64,000 nt of DNA, taken from positions 1,620 through 65,619 of the forward strand of contig JBMNSS010000001.1 of assembly GCA_050945315.1 (NCBI GenBank). Reading direction: 5' to 3'. Origin of the DNA: Limnochordia bacterium (lineage in GTDB: Bacteria > Bacillota > Limnochordia > DTU080). Positions 27,310 to 37,000 of the stretch are shown piece after piece (the first letter of the stretch is position 1; every line of letters begins with the position of its first letter). The notes beneath the pieces are model-generated. The model was given only the letters and a program-made list of their open reading frames with translations, was not told the origin of the DNA and did no database searches. Made by a program: the position numbers and the translations under genes.

Positions 27310-28608
27310 TCAGTGCCCTCCTTTCAGCGGCTCCACAATGGAAACCACACGATTATCTTCTCCGATGAGCTGCTCCAGACATTTCTGGGCATCCTCAAGA
27401 CGAACCTCATCAAGCAGCGTTCTCACATCCATAAGATCTAACTCGTTAAAACGATGAGTGATGTAAACACCGGCCAATTGCTCCGGATCATCTAGTAAAG
27501 CGGAAAAGGAACCTATTTCTTGGCGACGAACGGTCTCGAAGACTTCGGCCTGCAGACCTTCTTGGCAAGCTCGCCGCAGATTGGCGGTGATTTCCGTCAC
27601 AAAAGCGTCGACATCTTCTGTTTCGCCGCTGATCCATACATAACCGATACTCCGATACGACGAGTATCCGAAACGAAAATCTTCCGTGACGATGCCTTTT
27701 TCGTACAACTGCCAATAACCCGAGTTTACTTTTCCCAAGACCGCGCTCAAAGCGAGATCAGCGGCGATAAGCTGTTTATGATAGTCAGGGCTGTCAGCCG
27801 ATAAGGTGCCTTTGAATCCCATCATCACGAGAGGTCGGGAGACCTTGAGCTCAATTCTCGTCTCCGGATGGACTACGCTGTCTGGTTCCGCGGGAATAAC
27901 TCGGCTAATCGGTCCCCGTGGTGTGTAGTCTCTTGCCGCGAGATCCTTTTCCACCATTGAAAGCACCTCGGCAAAATCCAGCTCCCCGACCACAACGAGC
28001 ATCATGTTACTGGGATGGTAAAATGTATCGTGGCATTTGTAAAGAAGCTCCTTGTTGATACGGGCAATGGAATCGGGCGAGCCAATGGTTCGTATTCTGG
28101 CAGGATGCACATGGAACATGGATTCCATGAAGTTGTAGTAGACCATTCGCGAGGGACTGTCGAGTCCCGTTTGAATCTCTTGCCCGATGATCCCTTGCTC
28201 TTTGGCGACGCTTTCATCGGTGAAATACGGATTCTGCACGAAGTGGAGCAGCAGACTGAGTCCTTCGTTGAAGCGCTCTACCGTGGTAAAGTGGTACACC
28301 GTGTAATACGATCCCGTATAGGCGTTTGTAGTCATACCCATTTGCGAGAAACGCTGTGATACATCGGTGCCATCGGGTTCCTCGAACATCTTATGTTCGA
28401 GGAAGTGAGCAATACCGTCAGGGACATTCGTCGGTTGTGACTGTCCGGGTGTTATGAAGGTCGAATCCATGCCACCGTAATTTGTGGCCAGGGCGGCAAA
28501 TTTCTGTGCAAAGCCGGGTTTAGGAAGCAAGACCACGGTCAGCCCCGAAGGCAACCTGCGCTCCAGTACTTCCTGCCCCATCACCATCCTTTTCACATTC
28601 ACAAGCAA
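27310..28608 (-). CDS. M16-family zinc peptidase, catalytic subunit
   Basis: HFLEHKMFEE (HxxEH inverted zincin motif) with the downstream E ligand region. Confidence 0.85.
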   Translation of the reverse strand: MLVNVKRMVMGQEVLERRLPSGLTVVLLPKPGFAQKFAALATNYGGMDSTFITPGQSQPTNVPDGIAHFLEHKMFEEPDGTDVSQRFSQMGMTTNAYTGSYYTVYHFTTVERFNEGLSLLLHFVQNPYFTDESVAKEQGIIGQEIQTGLDSPSRMVYYNFMESMFHVHPARIRTIGSPDSIARINKELLYKCHDTFYHPSNMMLVVVGELDFAEVLSMVEKDLAARDYTPRGPISRVIPAEPDSVVHPETRIELKVSRPLVMMGFKGTLSADSPDYHKQLIAADLALSAVLGKVNSGYWQLYEKGIVTEDFRFGYSSYRSIGYVWISGETEDVDAFVTEITANLRRACQEGLQAEVFETVRRQEIGSFSALLDDPEQLAGVYITHRFNELDLMDVRTLLDEVRLEDAQKCLEQLIGEDNRVVSIVEPLKGGH

Positions 28609-28750
28609 CGTCTCCTCCTATATGTGTTCCGCTAAACCGTATAGTGCCTCTTCTAAAGAGGATTGACCCCAGTGATCTTTTCACGGTGTTTGGCTACAAC
28701 GGCGTCTATTCCCTTCAAAAATTTCCAGGATCCGGTCATGGCAGCTTACT

Positions 28751-28800
28751 TGACGCCCCCGAACACCTGTTGTATGATGAGCGCACCAAACACCTGTTCT
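28751..28800 (+). promoter_or_regulatory. sigma-A-type promoter with two tandem GAAC-N4-GTT-type boxes (putative LexA/SOS operator)
   Basis: TTGACG (28751-56), 16 nt, TATGAT (28773-78) with an upstream TG. CGAACACCTGTTGT (28760-73) fills the spacer, and a near-identical CAAACACCTGTTCT sits at 28787-28800. Confidence 0.5.
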
Positions 28801-28815
28801 TATGTGGGGGGTGTC

Positions 28816-29070
28816 ATGCCTTTGAGCAGACTCATCAATCAACGTATCAATGCAACTTCCGACCGTCATGGGGCCCCCTTGCGTTTTTCTTGGCATACCA
28901 ACTGGCATCGTGTCACGCGCATATATGAAACATGGCGTGATACCGGCAGCTGGTGGGAAGGTGAAGCCGAAAAGGTATTTTACCTGCTACAGACCGATGA
29001 CGGCGGTACCTACGAAGTATATTTTGACCTCCAAGAAAAATCATGGTACCTTTACAAAATCATTGATTGA
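28816..29070 (+). CDS. small protein resembling the ImuB C-terminal (DnaE2/ImuA-interaction) region
   Basis: 84 aa from an ATG preceded by GGGGGGTG. W/Y-rich block WHRVTRIYETWRDTGSWWEGEAEKVFYLLQTDDGGTYEVYFDLQEKSWYLYKIID matches the pattern recalled for ImuB C-termini. Its stop is 13 nt before the dnaE2 ATG. Confidence 0.45.
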   Translation: MPLSRLINQRINATSDRHGAPLRFSWHTNWHRVTRIYETWRDTGSWWEGEAEKVFYLLQTDDGGTYEVYFDLQEKSWYLYKIID

Positions 29071-29083
29071 GACGGTGTCATCC

Positions 29084-32000
29084 ATGTATGCTCACCTGCA
29101 TACTCATTCGCCATTCTCATTTCTTGACGGCGCAGCGTCTATGGAGTCATTGCTTACTCGCGCCGCGGAGATCGGATGCCGGGCATTGGCCGTTACTGAT
29201 CACAATAATCTTTCAGTCACAGTACGCTTCCATAAATTAGCTGCTGAGATAGGCATAAAACCCATTCAAGGATGTGAAATCACTATCGATAACGGTTGTC
29301 ACCTCACCCTTCTTTGTCAAAACCGTACGGGCTATGCCAATCTCTGCCGCTTGGTTACCCGAGCTCATCTTGACGCACCGCGTGGGTTACCCCAGGTCTC
29401 CCGCAGACTTTTGGAAGAGCACAGTGAGGGCCTCATCGCTTTGTCCGGATGTCGTCACGGCGAAGTTGCCGCTTTGATGTTGCAGGGTCAAAACCGGCAG
29501 GCGCTGGAGGCGGCTTCTGCTTATGCGTCTGCCTTTCCCGGACGTTTTTATATCGAGGTTCAAGATAATCTTCTCCCTCGCACCCGCTCGCTTAATCGTC
29601 ATTTGCGTGATCTGGCAGAATATCTTGATTTGCCCATGGTAGCTACCGCCAACGTACACTATGCTTACAAAGAACAATTTCCCGTTCACGACATACTTAC
29701 GTGCGTGCGTACTTTGACCTGTCTCCAAAGCATACATCCCGCGAGACGGCTCAATGCGGAAAACTATCTCCTCACGTCGGAAGAGATGGCGGATCGTTTT
29801 CGCGATTTTCCGCAAGCGTTACGCGGCACGCTTGAGATAGCTGACCTGTGTGAGACGGCCATTCCCTTGGGTGAGCGTCTGTTTCCTTTCTTCAACACAC
29901 CTGACGGCAGCAGTGCCATTCAGTTCTTGCGGCAACTCACGTTCCAAGGTGCACAAGAGCGTTACGGATCGGTTACGGCGGCCATACGCGAAAGATTGGA
30001 ACACGAATTACGTATCATCGCCGCTCTTGATGTGGCGGACTACTTTCTCGTCGCCTGGGATGTCGCCCGTTTTGCGCGTGAACGAGGCATCTGCTATGCG
30101 GGACGCGGCTCCGCTGCGGATTCGGCCGTTGTATATTGCCTTTATATAACAAATGTTGATGCCATCAGCAGAGGTTTGCTTTTTGAGCGGTTTCTCAGTT
30201 TGGAGCGGGCTCAACAGCCGGATATCGATATCGATTTTGATGCCCGTTACCGGGATGATATAGCGCGCTATGTCTACGCCAAATATGGCGAAGATCATGT
30301 CGCCTCCGTATGCACATATCATACCTATCATGCTCGTTCGGCTTTGCGGGACTTTGGCAAAGCCATGGGCCTTCCGCTTCAAGAAGTGGAAAAAGTGGCC
30401 AAGGCGTTTCCGCATGTCCCTGCAGATGGCATACGCAAAGCATTGATTCGCTATCCCGAGCTGCAAAACAGCGGCCTGTCTTTTGAGCGCTATGAGAAGC
30501 TCTTTGACCTTGTTGAACAGGTGGCCGGTTTTCCGCGCCATATCGGTACACACTTGGGCGGCTTGGTGATCAGTAACCGCCCCCTGGTAGAAGTGAGCCC
30601 ATTGCAGATGGCCGCCAAGGGCATGCGCATCATTCAATTCGACAAAGATGACATAGAAGAACTGGGACTGATGAAACTGGATCTACTGTCACTGCGCACC
30701 TTGTCAGCCGTTCAGACTGCTATAAAAGACATTAACACCAAACAGACAGCTACAGGTGAGCCTCTCGTAGAATACGCCACAATCCCACTGGACGATGCTT
30801 ACACGTATGCAGCCCTCAATCATGGAGAGAGCATTGGTGCTTTTCAACTGGAGAGTCCCGCGCAAAGAGCGTTGCAGAGCCGCTTGGGGGCAGAAAACAT
30901 AGAAGACATTGTGGCCAGCATTGCTCTGATTCGTCCCGGACCCATACAGGGGAATATGGTCGAGCCTTTTATCGCTTACAGGAACGGCCATTGTGCTGTC
31001 AGTTACGTTCATCCTGACTTGGAGCCCATTCTCGCCAAGACCTATGGTGTCGTTCTTTTCCAGGAGCAGGTGATCGAGATTGCGGTCAAGATCGCCGGCT
31101 TCAGCCCCGGTGAGGCCGATCAGCTGCGCAAAGCGATGACTCATTTTCGCTCACAAAAAAAGATGGATCAGCTTGGACGGGAGTTCATAGCCAAGGCCAC
31201 AAAGCGCGGTGTTGACCAAGAGGTGGCCGAAACTCTGTATTCTTACATTGTCAGCTATGCAGGTTATGGTTTTTGCGAAGCTCATGCCGCGGCTTTTTCC
31301 GATACAGCCTATAAAACGGCCTATCTGGTAACTCATTACCCGGCTGAGTTTTTTGCAGCCATTCTCAGTCACCAGCCAATGGGCTATTATCCGCCGGCTA
31401 CGATCGTTGCAGAAGCCAAACGCCGAGGTGTGCGCATTCTGCCTCCGGACGTGAACAGAAGCGGGCTGCGCTTCACCGTAGAGAACGGAGCCATCAGGGT
31501 CTCATTGACACAGGTGAAAGGTTCATCACCTGCCATAGCTCGATCAGTGATCTCCTCCAGAGCGGAAAGCCCGTTTCAATCCTTCAGGGACTTTTGCCGA
31601 CGCGTTCATCTCCCGCGCGATGTCATAAAAAACTTGATTCAGGCGGGAGCATTTGATACGTTGTATGCCAACAGGCGCCAGTTGCTCTGGCAGCTCCAAG
31701 AGACTCTGGCCATGTCCGGAGAAAAGGGGCAACCTGCATTGCCTTTCGGATCGGAGCGCGGCGAGATCCGCCAAGAGCTATCTGATTATCCGGCGTTTGA
31801 AAAAGCGATACATGAGGTGACTCTGCTCGGGTTCTCTCCCGAAAAGCATCTTATGCAATTTTTCCGTCCGCAACTGGTGCAACGCGGCATAAAAACCTGC
31901 GGTGAAATAAGCAGTGGTCACGTGGAAGGTGCGGTTGGGGTAGCGGGCATAGTGATTCGCCCACACCGACCTCCGACCAAGAGCGGACGCACCGTAGTCT

Positions 32001-32179
32001 TCCTCGGTTTGGAAGACGAGTTCGGCCTTTGCGATATCACCATATTTGAAGATGTCTACAAGCGATATGCACGCGAGATCTTCCATTCTCCGGCGTTGAC
32101 GGTGTGGGGGCGCATCTCGCGACGTGGGAAAGGGATCAGTGTGATCGCCGACCGTGTTAAACCTCTGCTGATCGGGTGA
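29084..32179 (+). CDS. dnaE2: DnaE-type DNA polymerase III alpha, short (DnaE2/ImuC-like, 1031 aa)
   Basis: PHP domain starts MYAHLHTHSPFSFLDGAA; polymerase palm/fingers motifs are present. The ~1030-aa length suggests an error-prone DnaE2 rather than the replicative DnaE1. The in-frame 78-codon upstream extension (from 28850) is rejected because the PHP domain begins at the Met. Confidence 0.85.
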   Translation: MYAHLHTHSPFSFLDGAASMESLLTRAAEIGCRALAVTDHNNLSVTVRFHKLAAEIGIKPIQGCEITIDNGCHLTLLCQNRTGYANLCRLVTRAHLDAPRGLPQVSRRLLEEHSEGLIALSGCRHGEVAALMLQGQNRQALEAASAYASAFPGRFYIEVQDNLLPRTRSLNRHLRDLAEYLDLPMVATANVHYAYKEQFPVHDILTCVRTLTCLQSIHPARRLNAENYLLTSEEMADRFRDFPQALRGTLEIADLCETAIPLGERLFPFFNTPDGSSAIQFLRQLTFQGAQERYGSVTAAIRERLEHELRIIAALDVADYFLVAWDVARFARERGICYAGRGSAADSAVVYCLYITNVDAISRGLLFERFLSLERAQQPDIDIDFDARYRDDIARYVYAKYGEDHVASVCTYHTYHARSALRDFGKAMGLPLQEVEKVAKAFPHVPADGIRKALIRYPELQNSGLSFERYEKLFDLVEQVAGFPRHIGTHLGGLVISNRPLVEVSPLQMAAKGMRIIQFDKDDIEELGLMKLDLLSLRTLSAVQTAIKDINTKQTATGEPLVEYATIPLDDAYTYAALNHGESIGAFQLESPAQRALQSRLGAENIEDIVASIALIRPGPIQGNMVEPFIAYRNGHCAVSYVHPDLEPILAKTYGVVLFQEQVIEIAVKIAGFSPGEADQLRKAMTHFRSQKKMDQLGREFIAKATKRGVDQEVAETLYSYIVSYAGYGFCEAHAAAFSDTAYKTAYLVTHYPAEFFAAILSHQPMGYYPPATIVAEAKRRGVRILPPDVNRSGLRFTVENGAIRVSLTQVKGSSPAIARSVISSRAESPFQSFRDFCRRVHLPRDVIKNLIQAGAFDTLYANRRQLLWQLQETLAMSGEKGQPALPFGSERGEIRQELSDYPAFEKAIHEVTLLGFSPEKHLMQFFRPQLVQRGIKTCGEISSGHVEGAVGVAGIVIRPHRPPTKSGRTVVFLGLEDEFGLCDITIFEDVYKRYAREIFHSPALTVWGRISRRGKGISVIADRVKPLLIG

Positions 32180-32260
32180 AGTAACGTCGTACAGGCGTGT
32201 CGGCGGCCCGCTTCGGGTGGACCGCCGATATCATCATTGCGTCACATCCAGGGCAGCGAT

Positions 32261-33088
32261 CTAATACACACCTATTTCACGCAAGTATTCAAGGGAGCGC
32301 TGGACCCGGCCGTGATGCAAATCCAAAGTCCGCTCCTCGCCCTCGATTCCTTCCAGCTCCAGGCTGAAGGGACCGTAGAATCCGGCCTGATCAAAGACTC
32401 GGAAGATGGCGGGAAAGTCAATGCTTCCCTCACCCAAGGCCGGGAAGTACCAGTCCTTATGTCTGCGGCGACTGTCCTTGAGATGGGCATGCACCACGTA
32501 CTCAACCAATCCCTCAAGTTCGGCTACGATGTCAATGTCTTCGTTGTAGTAATACAGATTGGCGGTGTCAAAATTGATCCGGATATTACTGTGCTTCAGA
32601 TCGCGCATGGTCTGCAGTCCCCCTGCCGCATCGGGAACCAGGGGCGGATGAGTCTCCAGACAGATGATCATCCCACGAACCAGGGCATACTCGGCCAGCT
32701 TCAGAAGGTTATCATAGACCGTGGATGAACGTTCCGGTGCTGAAACCGTATAAAAACGCACTCCGAGTTCTTCGGCGATGTCCATCTGCCGCTTAAGAAT
32801 CTCAACGCCTTCGTCGGTGCGAAGGTCACCGTGGCCAAAGGCTGAGATAATGCGTATTTCATGCTCTTTCGCCAGATTCTTAAACTCCTCCAACTGTTCA
32901 GGTGTAGTGCGTTCGCCGATCATGCTGAGAGGATGTCCTCCCGGCAAAGGCTTCACATCCGGAGCCGGCACTGACCACAATCCGAGTTCCATGTGTTTCA
33001 AACCCAGTTTCGCCGCTCCCAGCAAGGTTTCCCTGGCACCAAACCGTCCATAGGAATTGGTGAACACTTCAAAGACGCGCTGCAACAT
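32261..33088 (-). CDS. sugar phosphate isomerase/epimerase (xylose-isomerase-like TIM barrel)
   Basis: 275 aa with TIM-barrel family His/Glu/Asp metal ligands; second paralogue in the window (compare 13155-13922). Confidence 0.8.
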   Translation of the reverse strand: MLQRVFEVFTNSYGRFGARETLLGAAKLGLKHMELGLWSVPAPDVKPLPGGHPLSMIGERTTPEQLEEFKNLAKEHEIRIISAFGHGDLRTDEGVEILKRQMDIAEELGVRFYTVSAPERSSTVYDNLLKLAEYALVRGMIICLETHPPLVPDAAGGLQTMRDLKHSNIRINFDTANLYYYNEDIDIVAELEGLVEYVVHAHLKDSRRRHKDWYFPALGEGSIDFPAIFRVFDQAGFYGPFSLELEGIEGEERTLDLHHGRVQRSLEYLREIGVY

Positions 33089-33264
33089 ATATCCCCCTAT
33101 TCTCGCTCTGGACTCATGTCTATTCTTTCGTCAATCCTATCTGGGCTCCTTGTTATTCACGCCAAGCAAAGCGAAGCATCTCACTCAGGGGCAGGAATAC
33201 TCCGCTGTTTCAGCGAACAGGAGTCACGAATAAAGCCCTATTGTCTAGGAGGCTTGAGTCGTCT

Positions 33265-34002
33265 ATGGTGCTCATGTCGAATAACAGGCGGACACCCTTC
33301 GCTTGCCACATTGCTTTTCTCCTCTGTGTGCTTATCATCGCCATTAGTATGCCTTTGCTTGCTGCGACGCGGGCACCGGCTACAAGCAAGGCTATGCCTA
33401 CCCGAAATGCTCCGAGCATAGCCGCCATATTACATAACGTTGAGAACTGTTTTTCCGAAATCAAGGATCTCACCGGTGTCGTCGACCTTGAGCAGTACAG
33501 CACTGATGGTTCGGTCGTTCAAGTTCAGACGACGGTTCAGGCTGTATTACCCAGCTTATTGCGCTTGGACTTCGTAAAGCCGGAGACTTTTGCGGGCACG
33601 TTTTACGTCCTCGACCGTAACACAAATCAGATAATGCAGTATTCACCCATCACCGAGCAGGTGATCGTCTCCTCCATAGAGCAGACACTGTCCGAGCGAT
33701 TTGTGCCTACAACTGTAGAGCAGTTGTTCAGCCTTCCCTCACCTGAAGACTACAACCTTAGCGTGCTTTCCACCGAACAGCATTTGGTCGGTGTCTTGGC
33801 CAAGGCCAAGAACGATCCCGCGTCTCCTTACTTCCATTTTTGGATCGACCAAGACACCTGGATAGTCTCGAGAATGCACGTTTTTGAAGCTCAGGGGCAA
33901 CCCCTTTTCACGATTCGGCTGCGTGATGTCAAGATCAACCGCAGTCTTGTCGAGGCTCAACTGAAGAGACTGCCTGCCGGAGCCGTCACGGTCTATCGTT
34001 GA
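33265..34002 (+). CDS. secreted LolA-like/DUF4367-like protein
   Basis: Signal peptide HIAFLLCVLIIAISMPLLAA, then an all-beta LolA-like pattern; AGGAGG Shine-Dalgarno 9 nt before the ATG at 33265. Confidence 0.5.
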   Translation: MVLMSNNRRTPFACHIAFLLCVLIIAISMPLLAATRAPATSKAMPTRNAPSIAAILHNVENCFSEIKDLTGVVDLEQYSTDGSVVQVQTTVQAVLPSLLRLDFVKPETFAGTFYVLDRNTNQIMQYSPITEQVIVSSIEQTLSERFVPTTVEQLFSLPSPEDYNLSVLSTEQHLVGVLAKAKNDPASPYFHFWIDQDTWIVSRMHVFEAQGQPLFTIRLRDVKINRSLVEAQLKRLPAGAVTVYR

Positions 34003-34042
34003 GTGCATAGCTGAGTACATATACGAAGGGAATCCTGCAAGG

Positions 34043-37000
34043 ATGAGCATCAGTCAAACCGTCGTTCGACGCCCAGTGGCGGTAGCCATGGGCGTTGCAG
34101 TCATTCTTCTGTTGGGTATTCTGTCGCTCACGCGTCTGGAGTTGGATCTCCTCCCCAATTTGAGCCTGCCTATCGTCGGAGTGATCACCGTATATCCGGG
34201 GGCAGCCCCGAGTGCAGTTGAAGGGGATATCACTACCCCGATGGAAGCGGCCGTGGCTACCGTCTCAGGGCTGAAATCGTTGGAAAGCTATAGCATGGAG
34301 AATGCATCCGTGATAGTGGCCAATTTTGGCTGGGGCGTGGATTCGATGCAGGCCATCAATGATATCAAGACCCAGCTGGCCACTGTGACCCATCTGTTAC
34401 CTGCTGATGCCATGGAACCTGTGGTGACCAACGTTGATCCACGTATGCTTCCCGTCATGAAGATTGGCGTCACAGGCCTTGATGATATCACAGCTCTCAC
34501 CAAAGCGGCTGAGGAGCATCTCATAGGTCGGATCGAGCAAATCCCGGGAGTGGCCAGAGTAGGCCTTGCCGCCGGAGTACGTCCTGAAATCTCCGTGTTT
34601 TTTGATACAGAAGCACTGCGAGCGAGCAACACCCCTCCGGCGATGCTCTACGAGCTTCTCAGACAGCAAAACGCTCTTATACCCGCCGGTGTCTTGGAGG
34701 ACAACAGCGTTCGCTACCATGTAAGAGTCGGCAATCCTCTAAGCAGCGTGGAAGAGATTCGCGATCTGGTTATAGGGGAGAAAAAAACGGCGGGAGTTGA
34801 GGCCGTCGGACTCGCCGCCCTTATTCCTCAGATGCTGTTTCTGAAAGACGTGGCCACTGTTGTAGAGGGAACCAGCCCACAGGAGTCCTATGCACGGGTA
34901 GACGGTGAGCCGGCTGTCATTTTACAGGTCTACAAACAATCAGGTGCGGGCAGTGTTTCCGTGTCTCGGGCTGTGCGAAGTGCATTGGCAGAGCTCAATC
35001 AAGACATGGATCACGAGATTCAGTTGTGGGTAGTGGGCGATCAATCAGAGTTCATCATAGACGCGCTGAACAACGTGAGAGATGCCGCCATAGTAGGCGC
35101 CGTGTTGGCGGTGGCGGTGCTCCTTCTGTTTCTGCGCAGTCTGCGCAGCATCCTAGTGGTAGCCATCTCTATTCCCCTGTCTATAGTGGCCGCTCTGATC
35201 ATGATGTACGCCAGTGATCTCACCCTCAACCTGCTTAGCATGGGAGGACTTGCCCTGGGCATTGGGTCCTTGGTCGACAACTCGATTGTCGTCCTTGAGA
35301 GTATAATGCGGCACCGACAACAAGGTCTGAGCGCCCAAAAAGCGGCTGAGATCGGCACCTCCAAGGTTGCTCTGGCTATATCAGCCGGAACCGTGACGAC
35401 CGTAGTGGTCTTTTTGCCCCTGGCCTTCCTGGAGTCTACCGCGGGCCGATGGTTCCGCGATACGGCCTTGACTGTCACCTTTTCTCTGCTGGCGTCTATG
35501 CTGGTGGCCGTTACCGTGGTTCCTGCCGCAGCCGGACGTTTCCTGAGAAAACCGTTGCGCCATACTGCGGACGAAACCTCCTTCGGGTGGATTGAACGGT
35601 TGAAAGAAAGGTATCTGCGAAGTCTCAGTCGGCTGCTGAATCGTCCGGTTTGGCTTTGGGCTTTGGCGTTGGTGATGGTCGTCGCCGGTTTGAGCGCTCC
35701 CCGCTATATGCCTTTGGAGCTTCTGCCTAGCGTAGACGGAGGGGCGATCAACGCCACTTTAACCATGCCGGCCGGAACGCCGATTCGAGTGACCAACGGT
35801 GTTGCCGGGCAAATCGAAAAGACCGTGACTCAAATCGAGGATGTCATCTCTGTGTGGTCTCAGTTGGGCCAAGACAGCGATGATGTCGTCCAGCTTTTCT
35901 ACGGAACCGGGCCGCATGTGGCCAAGATGCAGTTTCTCTTGCAGCCAAGAATGCAGCGGGAACGATCCATAGGAGACATCGCCGATGAGATAAGGCAAGC
36001 GGTCGAGGGAATCGACTTGTTGGGCGGTCATCTGAGTATTAGTACGGAGCGCATGACAGATGCCCTCGGTGAGGCTTTCTCTCCCGGGGTCACCATTCAG
36101 GTGAGCGGAAAGGATCTTGATGCTCTCGAAACTCAGGCCGATCGCATAGCTCAGGGCTTGAAAGATGCAGGCGGATTTACCGAGATCACTACATCGGTAG
36201 ATCAAAGGCAACCCGAGTTGCTTTTTACCGTCGACCGGACAAAAGCACTCCTGGGCAGTATGACTACCAATGTCGTAGGGATAACCCTTCGCGGGGCCTT
36301 GAGCGGTCTTGAAGCCACTCGCATACAGCGCAACGGAGAGAGCATCCCGGTTGTTTTGCGAGCAAAGCCGGAAGAAGTCGATGGCATTGAGGCCCTTCTT
36401 CAGATGTCTATCCAGGGAGTCTCGGGCACCGGACAAGATCCTGTGCCTGCGGTGCGTTTCGGGCGGGTGGCCACCGCGGAAGAGACCACAGGACCGGTGA
36501 CAATTCAGCATGTTGATCGTGTGAGAACGGTAACCGTCCACGCTCGTCTGGACGGAATAGACTTGAGTGAAGCAAAACGGAGAGTCTCGGACATCATCGA
36601 CGGTCTTGAGGTTCCTGCACAGATCGGTGTCCGTCTCGCCGGAGTTCATGATACCATCCAGGAAGCTGTAGATGAGCTCACATGGGTGCTCATGCTGGCC
36701 ATTCTGTTGGTATACATGGTAATGGCCGCTCAGTTTGAATCGCTCTTGTATCCGTTGATCGTCATGATTGCCGTTCCGCTTGGCCTGGGAGGCGGCCTTG
36801 TCTGTCTGTGGATTTCAGGTCAAAGCATTGGTGTCTCCGGGCTGATGGGCTTGATAGTCCTGACGGGTGTTGTGGTGAACAACGGCATCGTTATGGTCGA
36901 TGCGGCCAACCAGGCGCGGCGCGACGGAGCTGATCTTGATCAGGCCGTTCTCATGGCCGCCGAGCAGAGATTGCGACCGATTCTCATGACCTCCTTGACC

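Noticed and set aside
28850-29083. In-frame 78-codon N-terminal extension of dnaE2 suggested by the longest ORF
   Set aside because: DnaE proteins begin at the PHP domain (MYAHLHTHS... at 29084). The region is better explained by the 84-aa ORF in another frame (28816-29070), which has its own Shine-Dalgarno.
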